Shown one piece after another: positions 18,188-27,108 of a DNA stretch of 53,052 nt. The stretch comes from a virus. Its lineage: Duplodnaviria > Caudoviricetes. Position 1 is the first letter of the stretch. Each line of letters begins with the position of its first letter. The notes beneath the pieces are model-generated. The model worked only from the letters and a program-made list of their open reading frames with translations. It was not told the DNA's origin and searched no databases. The stretch covers positions 1 through 53,052 of IMG/VR virus record IMGVR_UViG_3300022932_000003; one strand, written 5' to 3'. A program made the translations under genes and the position numbers.

Positions 18188-18859
18188 TTATCTCTTAATA
18201 TTGAAGATTGATTTGTTATATCCTACCCAAACATTTTTATTTGTATCATAAGAAGTACTAATTATATCGCCTTTTCTATTCTGAAACATCACGTTTGCTT
18301 TAAAATTCAATTTAGGCGTAATTATACTGCTTCCGATTTCTGCGCCCGCTAAAAGCCTAAAAACGCTTTCTTTTTGTTTTACTTCGATTTCAAATTCTTT
18401 TCGAGTATATGAAGGTGTGATTTCCTGAACCTCGCCGCGAACAGTTCCGTTAATATTTAATACCATGAATTTATCTTCGAACCTGGATGAAAATGTATTT
18501 AATTCAATAGCCTTTTCGTAGGTTTTGGCCTTTAAAGAATCGCTCATTTTTGAGTACTCTAATTTTAATTGTTCGTTTTCTCTCAGCAGATTCTCATTTA
18601 ATGGATTAGGAACATAAACAGCACCTTCTTTTTTTACCTCTGTAATTGGCTGCTGTTTTATCTCCAAAGGTTTTGAATCAGGCTTTTTAGGATCAAATGA
18701 TCCTGATTTTGCAGGAATAATTACAGTTTGTGTTTTAGTTGTTGCCGGTCCGGAACTGCAACTTTTTACCCAACTGAATATCAAAATAGATATAATTGCG
18801 ACTACAGCATATTTTAGCAACTGAATAAACGAGGGTGATCTTGGATTGATTTGTATCAT
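18188..18859 (-). CDS. Spanin-like membrane protein
   Basis: N-terminal TM/KSC, coiled coil, beta-strand-rich C-terminus; follows the endolysin; own -7 TACCTTTG at 18884-18891. Confidence 0.5.
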   Translation of the reverse strand: MIQINPRSPSFIQLLKYAVVAIISILIFSWVKSCSSGPATTKTQTVIIPAKSGSFDPKKPDSKPLEIKQQPITEVKKEGAVYVPNPLNENLLRENEQLKLEYSKMSDSLKAKTYEKAIELNTFSSRFEDKFMVLNINGTVRGEVQEITPSYTRKEFEIEVKQKESVFRLLAGAEIGSSIITPKLNFKANVMFQNRKGDIISTSYDTNKNVWVGYNKSIFNIKR

Positions 18860-18892
18860 AATTAAAATGTTTTTGATGAAAAACAAAGGTAT

Positions 18893-18926
18893 AAAAAAAG
18901 CCGTTATATAATTTAACAGCTTTTTT
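18893..18926 (-). terminator. Intrinsic terminator after the endolysin
   Basis: AAAAAAGCTGTTA-N7-TAACGGCTTTTTTT on the minus strand. Confidence 0.75.
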
Positions 18927-18952
18927 GTATATAATTTTTACGAAATATTGTA

Positions 18953-19465
18953 TTATATTTTAGGGTATTTAATACCATTCTCTAAAATAAATTTTCCGGA
19001 ATCAACCAAGGCTTTCAATTCCTGCCATTTATAAGATGATCCATCAGGCTTTTTTAATTGAAAATGAGGCTGATCTTTAAAGCTTTTCCAATCGCCGCCA
19101 TGCTCCCAACCTTTGGATTTAAAGTAATCAACAATTTCTTTCCAATCAGCTTTACCATCTTTATCAAAATCACGAATCATTGACCAAGAAGCTTCTTCAA
19201 ATTTTCCATCACCATCATTATCATAAAGCAAAACGATATCGAAAGCCATTGCGTAATTATGAATTGATTGGCCGCCTTTAGCATTTGTTACTTTTGGTTT
19301 TTGGTTGTATAATTTATCCTGTAAAGCGTTAGAACGATATACATAAGCAAATCGTAATCGAGCGCCTTTACCAAGTAAATTGTTTGATTCAATATATTGC
19401 TTCAAAAGTAAATCCCTAAATTTTGGGTGAAATTCTTTTATTCTTTCTATTGTAATTGCATCCAT
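18953..19465 (-). CDS. Endolysin, peptidase M15 (L-Ala-D-Glu peptidase type)
   Basis: RS...Q..LY, VTNAKGGQSIHNY.MAFD, GGDWKSFKD.PHFQ. Confidence 0.9.
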   Translation of the reverse strand: MDAITIERIKEFHPKFRDLLLKQYIESNNLLGKGARLRFAYVYRSNALQDKLYNQKPKVTNAKGGQSIHNYAMAFDIVLLYDNDGDGKFEEASWSMIRDFDKDGKADWKEIVDYFKSKGWEHGGDWKSFKDQPHFQLKKPDGSSYKWQELKALVDSGKFILENGIKYPKI

Positions 19466-19467
19466 GA

Positions 19468-19776
19468 TTATTCATTTTTTTTAAAAGGTTGTATGAATTC
19501 TTTGTTCCATTTTCCCGCAAAATTTTCATTCTCTTTTGCAATTAATTCCTGTTCTAAAATTTTACTCCTGATCCTGGAATCACGAATGTAAGTTCTAAGC
19601 CTATAATAAGCAAAAAAAACCCCAATGATAGTTAGTATCAATTGAGCAATATTTGTTGCGTTATCTAAATAGAATTCATGGAATAAGCTCTTTTTTAGAA
19701 CATCGATAAACGTAAAACTATATAAAATGTAAAAACAATAGTTAATCGCGTTGAAAAGTAATTTTGCTGTTTGCAT
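19468..19776 (-). CDS. Holin-like membrane protein
   Basis: Two hydrophobic segments and a charged tail, directly before the endolysin. Confidence 0.5.
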   Translation of the reverse strand: MQTAKLLFNAINYCFYILYSFTFIDVLKKSLFHEFYLDNATNIAQLILTIIGVFFAYYRLRTYIRDSRIRSKILEQELIAKENENFAGKWNKEFIQPFKKNE

Positions 19777-20158
19777 ATGCGTAAGTTATAGCCGTTAACG
19801 GCAGTTTACACAAATAATAATTGTTATCCATTAATCCTAAAAACAAAAAGTCGTAAGCGTTAATAATGAATAAAAATAAAATTATTTGTTTGGTGATCAC
19901 TTCTAATTTGACAAAAATAGCATAAAATAGTATTACGCCAATAATAACTATATTGGAATAATCCTCTAATACGTTACACATTAGCTTTCTATTATCAGAA
20001 AATAAATACCAGGAAACACGCAAATCTGATTCATAAAAGATTGCTTTTATCTCAGACAAAGGAATCAAGCATAAAAGAGCTAAGCTTTTCCTGTTTTTAT
20101 TTATCTCATAAAGAGTTAATAAAAAGAAAGATAATATGTATTTTAAATTACTTTTCAT
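19742..20158 (-). CDS. Multi-pass membrane protein of the lysis cassette
   Basis: About 4 hydrophobic segments. Confidence 0.5.
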   Translation of the reverse strand: MKSNLKYILSFFLLTLYEINKNRKSLALLCLIPLSEIKAIFYESDLRVSWYLFSDNRKLMCNVLEDYSNIVIIGVILFYAIFVKLEVITKQIILFLFIINAYDFLFLGLMDNNYYLCKLPLTAITYAYANSKITFQRD

Positions 20159-20426
20159 CGGTTTTTACAGGTGGTGTTGATCCGCCAATATCATCAGCAA
20201 CTTTATTTTCAACTATTTCCTTTAGCTTTTCAGTATTTTGAGTAGGCAGCTGATTTTTCAATCTCCAAATACCATATAAAGCAAAAGCCATTTTAACAAC
20301 TCCAATCCATTTACCTGTGATGCCTAAATCAACTAAAATAGGATTTACAAAATCGAAACCCTGATCTAAAGCGACCAAGACAATTCCAATAATACCTAAC
20401 CACCAATTTTTTAATTTGTTTTTCAT
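20148..20426 (-). CDS. Holin-like membrane protein
   Basis: Two TM segments, hydrophilic C-terminus. Confidence 0.5.
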   Translation of the reverse strand: MKNKLKNWWLGIIGIVLVALDQGFDFVNPILVDLGITGKWIGVVKMAFALYGIWRLKNQLPTQNTEKLKEIVENKVADDIGGSTPPVKTDEK

Positions 20427-20443
20427 TTTATATTTGTTTTTAA

Positions 20444-23113
20444 TTATTCTGTTGTGGAATATTGAAAAGTTCCCGTAACATTTGTGGCATTCGTATTAAC
20501 TGCCGTAAATATTATATTCACTGTCGATGCAGAACTTTGTGACTGAACCCTAACAGGTAAAAGTATACCCCCATTGTTAGCACAGCCCGATCCAAAGTCT
20601 AAATTAGAACCGCTTGTTGTTTTATTTACAGGCAGTGTCATTATTACGTTACATCCTGATAAAAGTGTAGGAGTTACGTTTACCGAAAAACTAACAGTAA
20701 TTACGTTTCCTACTCTTGTGTAAGTAGCTCTTACTAGTGTAGATAAGGAAGCGTTTGCACCGTTTGTTACCGTTGGCGTATAAGTTCCTGATGTTGGCGC
20801 AATATCTGTTGCGCTCAAATTACCGCTTGCATCTGCTACAACTGTACGTGTTCCTGTTCCCGCTAAATCTGATATCTTAACCTTTCCATTAGCTTCAAAA
20901 GAAATTCTTTCTAACCCCGAAGTATAAATTTTTACAGGATTGTAAGAGCCTCCACTTCCATAAGTTGAATCAAAAACAAAAGCAGATCCATTAAAATAAA
21001 TATTCATCTGCGTATCACTCAATGATGATTCTAATTTTATACCGCCTGTAAACGTGTTTGCATTTTGCTTTATATGAAGCAAGGAGTTTGCAGATGCAGG
21101 AGTATTAATTCCTACATTACCGCTAGAAACTTGAATACCATTAAACATCTGATTGTGTTTTATAGAACTAGTTACTGCGCCCCAAAATTTACTATTAAAA
21201 TAAACGATGTCGCTCGCGGTCCCGGTGTTGTTTGTGCCATTCCAATTCATGTTAAAGATAGGAGTTGTTACAAATTTTGTATCGATAAACTCACATAATG
21301 TAGCATTTTCGGCAAATATAGTGCTTACAGATCCAATGTCGCAAGAATTGAACTTAATACCAATACTATTTTTTAAGTAAATATCCCCGGCATAAATGGC
21401 ACAATCAGATATATTATACCCATTTGCAATTCCATTGGAATATATATTGTAATTTATAGCATGGGTAATTTCTGAGCTTGATAAAAACGTATGGCCGTCA
21501 TTTGCGCCGCCATCAAAATAAACATTAGTCCCGTTAGCCGAAAATATAGACCCCGAAACGACATTGTTCCCACCTTTTGCATATAAACCGATACCGCAAG
21601 CATTAGCAACAACCCCGTTTAAATTATTATACTCTGCTCTTTCATCTAATAAATAACCGTAACCGCAGTTATTTGCATATGTGTTCGCTATTTGCGAAGA
21701 TTGAGATCCAAAAGCTCCATTTTCTTTTATGTAAACTCCTGCGCCTTCCATAGAATAAAACGCACAATTATTTATTAAAATACCGTTATAAGATCCAGTT
21801 GTATATGAAGGGTTTTTTAAAGAAATACCATGTTGTAACGTTTTAGATGCTGAACCTATCGCCCTTGTGCCTCTAATACTTAAACCGTCAATAGTTATAT
21901 ATTCACCATTTAAAATAAAAGCAGGAACATTAGCCGTAATTAATATGTTTGTTAATTGTGAAAGTCCTGTACCTTTTATTGTTGTACCCGCAGGAACGTT
22001 TATACTATCTGATATATAGTATCTTTTTTGAGCAAACATTACAGGCTTCCCGCTGTTTATAGCATTTTGAACAGCTATTTTATCATCTGTTACAGCATCA
22101 CCAACTGCTCCAAATTGCTCAGGCGTAACCCAGTTTAAGTTTCTTTGATATAAAATATCAGTTTTTGATTTTATATAATTCCATAAATTCAACAAAGAAA
22201 ACTTTTTAGGAGTATTAGAATTTCCGCTATCAGAAATTATAGAAGAATCATTATCTAACAATGTAGTCTTGGCGGGTAATCCATTTATTTGCGCTCCTAA
22301 ATCTCCTGACCAATAGCTTTTCAAAATCCATTGATTGCCTATTGGCTCATAAACCCAAGTATAAGTATCGTAAGATTTGGCTCTTGGTGGGAAATAATCA
22401 ATAACACCTCCTGCATTTATCGTTAAATTGGTTACTGATGTATTAAACGTTACCGAAACTTCCTTAGCATCGATTAATGTCGGAAGTGTAATAGTATAGT
22501 TTGTTACTGCGCTACCATCTACTGATAAAATATCTTCATCTTCGACGATCACTCTAGTTCCTCCGTTTGTTGCAGTAACGTAGCCCCATTTTATAGATTT
22601 CGGATCTATTACGGGCGGCACATATCCAATTGAATCATCGGTAACATTTACAGTAGTAACCAAAACAGTATTTAAAGGCACATTCGGGGCCGGTGAAACA
22701 CCTCCAGTTTCCGGACCATTAACACGATACATATTATTTAGTTCATCTGCAACAATAATATCAGTTCTTGTGTTTCCATCTTCAGCATATGGAACATTAA
22801 TAACAATATTTGAAGGGTTGGAATAATTAGTGTTATTAATTAACCAATTTGCGCCTGCAGGAATCGTTAAATTATTTCCGGCAACTGTGATTGTACCAAT
22901 TGATAATAATTGATTTTGTCGAACTGATAAAGCAGCATCAATTATTTGCTGAACAGTTATAAATTCTGAAACACCTTCTTCATTTGCAACTTGCATTTTG
23001 GAACCGGTTCTTAGAATGTTTTGCCACGGAAGTTCAAATATTTTTCTTGCCTGATTAATTATTTGATTATAAGCATTGGTTAAATTAGCCAATTGTTGCA
23101 ATATCTGATTCAT
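20444..23113 (-). CDS. Tail spike/receptor-binding protein with pectate-lyase-3-like beta-helix (putative depolymerase)
   Basis: VTPEQFGAVGDAVTDD..AVQNAIN entry motif followed by Asn/Gly-rich beta-helix repeats; C-terminal SGTYTPT..YTRVGNVITV domain. Confidence 0.85.
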   Translation of the reverse strand: MNQILQQLANLTNAYNQIINQARKIFELPWQNILRTGSKMQVANEEGVSEFITVQQIIDAALSVRQNQLLSIGTITVAGNNLTIPAGANWLINNTNYSNPSNIVINVPYAEDGNTRTDIIVADELNNMYRVNGPETGGVSPAPNVPLNTVLVTTVNVTDDSIGYVPPVIDPKSIKWGYVTATNGGTRVIVEDEDILSVDGSAVTNYTITLPTLIDAKEVSVTFNTSVTNLTINAGGVIDYFPPRAKSYDTYTWVYEPIGNQWILKSYWSGDLGAQINGLPAKTTLLDNDSSIISDSGNSNTPKKFSLLNLWNYIKSKTDILYQRNLNWVTPEQFGAVGDAVTDDKIAVQNAINSGKPVMFAQKRYYISDSINVPAGTTIKGTGLSQLTNILITANVPAFILNGEYITIDGLSIRGTRAIGSASKTLQHGISLKNPSYTTGSYNGILINNCAFYSMEGAGVYIKENGAFGSQSSQIANTYANNCGYGYLLDERAEYNNLNGVVANACGIGLYAKGGNNVVSGSIFSANGTNVYFDGGANDGHTFLSSSEITHAINYNIYSNGIANGYNISDCAIYAGDIYLKNSIGIKFNSCDIGSVSTIFAENATLCEFIDTKFVTTPIFNMNWNGTNNTGTASDIVYFNSKFWGAVTSSIKHNQMFNGIQVSSGNVGINTPASANSLLHIKQNANTFTGGIKLESSLSDTQMNIYFNGSAFVFDSTYGSGGSYNPVKIYTSGLERISFEANGKVKISDLAGTGTRTVVADASGNLSATDIAPTSGTYTPTVTNGANASLSTLVRATYTRVGNVITVSFSVNVTPTLLSGCNVIMTLPVNKTTSGSNLDFGSGCANNGGILLPVRVQSQSSASTVNIIFTAVNTNATNVTGTFQYSTTE

Positions 23114-23133
23114 AATTTAAGTATTTAGTTTTA

Positions 23134-23210
23134 CAAATGTACTAAAACTATTTAGAATTAGTCTAAACTACGTATTACCAAATTTTCAATGCTATTTTGT
23201 CATAAATTTG
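23134..23210. promoter_or_regulatory. Divergent promoters (minus -7 at 23134-23141; plus -7 TAAATTTG at 23203-23210) sharing palindromic box 23151-23167
   Basis: Consensus matches on both strands. Confidence 0.7.
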
Positions 23211-23214
23211 CTGT

Positions 23215-24702
23215 ATGATAGTATTTTTAATAATCGGTTTAGGGTTTTGGCTGTTTGGTTATGTTGGTTACAAAATAGCTATAGGCATTTTTGATATGTT
23301 TTTCCCACGTGAAAAGAAATCAACTTATACTTTTATTGATAACTCAGTTCATCACCATAAGCATGAGCATAAAAATATTCATATCATCGACGAACAAACA
23401 AAAGAAAATATTTTAAACAATTTAAATTAATGATTATGGGATTCAAAGGAACAAAAGGATTTTGGAAAATAGGAGTATTAGGAAGCGTTCAAAACGAAAG
23501 AGGCGAATTTATTTGCGAATCAGAAAAGAACAAAGCAACAGAAGAAGAAAATAATGCAAATAACTTACTTATTTCTTGTGCTCCCGAAATGCTTCAACAA
23601 TTGATCGATATAAGAGATTGGATAGATAAAGATATTAACGTTTCTGAATATAGAACACAAATTGATGAACTAATCAAAAAAGCAACATCATGAAGAAAGA
23701 GGATTTTAGAATAAAAGAATACGATGATCGATTCGTTATTGAAAAACGAGTAAGAGAACCTAAATTGGTAATTCTTTGTTTCATCTTAACCGTACGCGAA
23801 AAATGGATTAGTTATGATGATAATGTAAAATTTCAAGACAGGCTTATAAATCCGTTTATTAAAGGCGGTTATGATTCCCTTGAATCAGCCAAAGCAAGAC
23901 TTGAAAAAATATTAGAAGAACCTAAATATTATTATTTATAATTATGGAAACAAACGAAATATTCCCGAACGATAGAAAAAGATGGCGTAATCAAAGGCAT
24001 ATTTATGCTGCTTCTCAGAAAAGCTATATTGAATTTGCAGAAATAAAATTTCTAACAGATTCTTTTAATAGTCTACCAATCGAAAAACGAAAACAACTTT
24101 TATCTTTTAGCATGATTGATCCATTTGATGATAAACAACCGGAATCAGAAAGTGAAGCTGAATATAGAGAAGTATTAAGGAATAAGAATTATATTGAATT
24201 TAACGCTGAAATAATAATTTAATATGACCTTATTTAGCGACCCAAAAGAAATAAATCCAGGTGATGCTGTTTATTTTGAATACGATGATAAAATTGCCGT
24301 TGGCAAATGCATTGGTTTGCCCGATGGATTAATCGAAGTTGATTACACAACACAAGGAAGTACCGAAACAAAAATCGATAGATTCCGAAAGGGATTTTGG
24401 AAAAAATAAAAGTTATGAGGGAATTAGAAGATTTTGAAATTGAAGTGACAATTATTACGGCATTATCAAAAGATGATATTTTAAATCTTGAAAATGTCTG
24501 TGGCCGGCAATTAGATACAATGGAATTATTGAAAATTGCAAAGCTTAATTTTAGCCCTGTAGGTTTGTCAGTATTTTTATATACAATTATAGATATGAAA
24601 AATTATCAAACAGAAACATATCCCAGTCTTATGGGTAATGAAAAAGTTTTTGCAGAAAATAAAGAGTTTCTAAACGGAAAAGGTAAAACATTTGAAATGT
24701 AA
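23215..24702 (+). other. Plus-strand cassette of small accessory genes (23215-23430, 23430-23693, 23690-23941, 23944-24222, 24224-24409, ~24415-24702)
   Basis: Coupled ORFs with their own promoter and terminator; 23430 ORF has the common phage T.G.W...AN..LI..APE.L pattern; 23215 ORF has an N-terminal TM and a His-rich patch. Confidence 0.75.
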
Positions 24703-24705
24703 ATT

Positions 24706-25026
24706 ATGAAAGTATCTAAAATTGAAATCGATCGAATAAAACAGGGCTGTAATTGTGAATTTCATCAAGGAAGATCACGAAAATATAAAGTTTCTGAATG
24801 TAAAGCATGTTTACATAAACAAGGAAAAAGTTTTATAAGGAGGCAAAAAGAATATGTTTTACGAGAAATGGAATTGGCATTTCAAAAACAAAAAGAATCA
24901 GAATCTTTTCAAGAACAATTATTAAAAGCGTTTTAAACAGGAATTATAGAAGAAGAAAAACCAAAAGAAACAATAAAACTAAATTGGTTTCAAAAAATAT
25001 TCAGAATCAAAAAAGCCGTATCATAA
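24706..25026 (+). pseudogene. Small Cys-containing gene with probable premature TAA at 24934-24936
   Basis: Frame stays open for 29 further codons (TGIIEEEKPKETIKLNWFQKIFRIKKAVS). Confidence 0.45.
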
Positions 25027-25043
25027 TCGATACGGCTTTTTTT
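25009..25043. terminator. Bidirectional intrinsic terminator
   Basis: AAAAAAGCCGTATC-N6-GATACGGCTTTTTTT between convergent genes. Confidence 0.85.
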
Positions 25044-25074
25044 GTCACGTTTACAACATAAATATGTGACAAAA

Positions 25075-27105
25075 TTATATTTCCAAAAATCCCGAATCTG
25101 TTTTAATCAATGCCGGCATATCAATTGGCGTTTCAGTATATTCAAAAGGCGCATTAGATTTGCTATTGTAAACATTACCTGTTTTAACCATTGTAGCACT
25201 TAATACATATAAATTTGTTTCCGCCAACGGTCCATCTGTATTGAAACCTGCGTTTTTTACGTAGGAAACGCCATTAATAACAACAATTTCATGTGTAAGG
25301 GCTATATTTATCTTTCTCCAAATTTCTTTCGTGTTAGGCTCAAAAACGAATTCATCTACTTCGTATAAGTCAGCGCTCAATAATTTTGATGTTGTATCAG
25401 TTTTATATGTTTCTGATTCTTCATCATATTTACCATTGATTTTATTGAAAGGTACTCTAATCAAATGCTCTATTCCTGTTGAATAAACGATATCGGTATT
25501 GGAATTATTTTTGTATTTCAACTCTAAAAGATCTTCAACATTATCCGAAACATTTATTTCTTCGCTCAAATATTCTATATCCGGGAATAGTTCGTTTTCA
25601 GCATTTATTTGAACTCTAAAAAGATTATTTTCAAAGTCAACCATGTTATTAATGAATTCGTAAACCTCATAGTTTTCACGGTTGTAAATTGACCCTACAA
25701 TTATAGAAGCGTCGATTCCAGTATAAATGTTTGAGATAACCAAAACATCAGCAGTTTTTGCTTCATTATAAATAATTTGTTCAATTTCAAACCATGCAGC
25801 ATCTATTTGGATATAATTTCCAATTCGGCCCCATTCCGGAAGTCCACCGTTTAAAACATAGCTGCCATTTACAACATTTGTATCAAAATCATACGTATTA
25901 CCGGCATCAAAATAAATTCCGGTCTTAGAGTTTCCTAAATTGTATTTGATAGCTTGGCGCTTATCTTTTATACCAATATTGTTGCTTTTTTTGTAGATCG
26001 GTACATTTAATTGTACTCCGTTGCTGTCAATTGTTTTTACAATATTGGTTGAATAGTTAGATTTAAACTGACTTGTAATAATATCTTCAGTTTTAAAATC
26101 CTGAATTTCCTGATATGGCAGAACAACATCACTTTCACAACTCAAAGTATTTTCATCTGTTTTGAAAATAGTGATATCGTTCCATGTTTGACGCAAGGCA
26201 AAACGAATTGAATTTGACTTTGAAATATAAAAATATGGTTCTGTAACATTGAATTCACTTATAACAAAATCTTTCGTTACCGAGCATCCGAAATTATCAC
26301 GCATATAAGCGGTAAAACTTCCAACGGATAAACCCGGGAAAACATTTTCTTCCTGCCATGTAACACCATCTAAACTATATTCTAATTCTAATCCTGTCAA
26401 TCCGATAGGCGTTATAATTGCCGTACCGCCGTTAGGACTATTATTTGCAGTTATAGCGAAATTATCAGGTGTTAATACACTTGGCGTTGTAATTGATTGA
26501 CTTGCCTGAAATCCGTTTGAATCCTCTACAAGCAAATTGAATGTTTGTCCACGCAGCCAATCAAACGAAAAAGGGTTTGCTGAGTTTGGATTTACTACAA
26601 TTGGACTTAATATTTTAGTAGCTAATATACTTGTTGTAGCATTTACTTTTACGTTTTGGCATTTGTTTGTAGTTGCTTCTGATAAAGAAGTACTTGTAAT
26701 TGATATTACAGGAACGGAAGGTTCGTTTTCAATTATAAAAGTTACGTCACCATCTGCCGAAGCATTGGAAAAAACAGCATTGGGAAAATTAGCCGTTATA
26801 ATAACCGTTCCTATTCCGGAATTAACAGCACCTCTTATCGATTCAACTGTAAATAAATTAGCTGAATTGTAATCCAAATTGAATGCGGTTCTGTATAAAT
26901 CAGAAGCAAAACCTGCATAAACGGGTTCTATCGATGTTTCATCAGATATATCTTTTGGTAATTCTGCCTGATTAGGTCCTAAACGAGAAGTTAAAAAAGT
27001 TTCTCGCATAAAATTAGGAGCCCCGGCTGTTTCCTGATCAAAATAAACTGATTGATTGAAAAGCGGAACTGAATTAAACTGTATTGTTATTTTTGAATAT
27101 GCCAT
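25075..27105 (-). CDS. Tail tip/baseplate structural protein
   Basis: 676 aa, beta-rich, contains EYSLDG..WQ...F.GL..G.F..Y.RD Ig/SprB-like unit; position in the tail module. Confidence 0.65.
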   Translation of the reverse strand: MAYSKITIQFNSVPLFNQSVYFDQETAGAPNFMRETFLTSRLGPNQAELPKDISDETSIEPVYAGFASDLYRTAFNLDYNSANLFTVESIRGAVNSGIGTVIITANFPNAVFSNASADGDVTFIIENEPSVPVISITSTSLSEATTNKCQNVKVNATTSILATKILSPIVVNPNSANPFSFDWLRGQTFNLLVEDSNGFQASQSITTPSVLTPDNFAITANNSPNGGTAIITPIGLTGLELEYSLDGVTWQEENVFPGLSVGSFTAYMRDNFGCSVTKDFVISEFNVTEPYFYISKSNSIRFALRQTWNDITIFKTDENTLSCESDVVLPYQEIQDFKTEDIITSQFKSNYSTNIVKTIDSNGVQLNVPIYKKSNNIGIKDKRQAIKYNLGNSKTGIYFDAGNTYDFDTNVVNGSYVLNGGLPEWGRIGNYIQIDAAWFEIEQIIYNEAKTADVLVISNIYTGIDASIIVGSIYNRENYEVYEFINNMVDFENNLFRVQINAENELFPDIEYLSEEINVSDNVEDLLELKYKNNSNTDIVYSTGIEHLIRVPFNKINGKYDEESETYKTDTTSKLLSADLYEVDEFVFEPNTKEIWRKINIALTHEIVVINGVSYVKNAGFNTDGPLAETNLYVLSATMVKTGNVYNSKSNAPFEYTETPIDMPALIKTDSGFLEI

Positions 27106-27108
27106 ATC

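Noticed and set aside
20444-23113. Diversity-generating retroelement or invertible tail-fibre system
   Set aside because: No reverse transcriptase, invertase or template/variable repeat pair noticed
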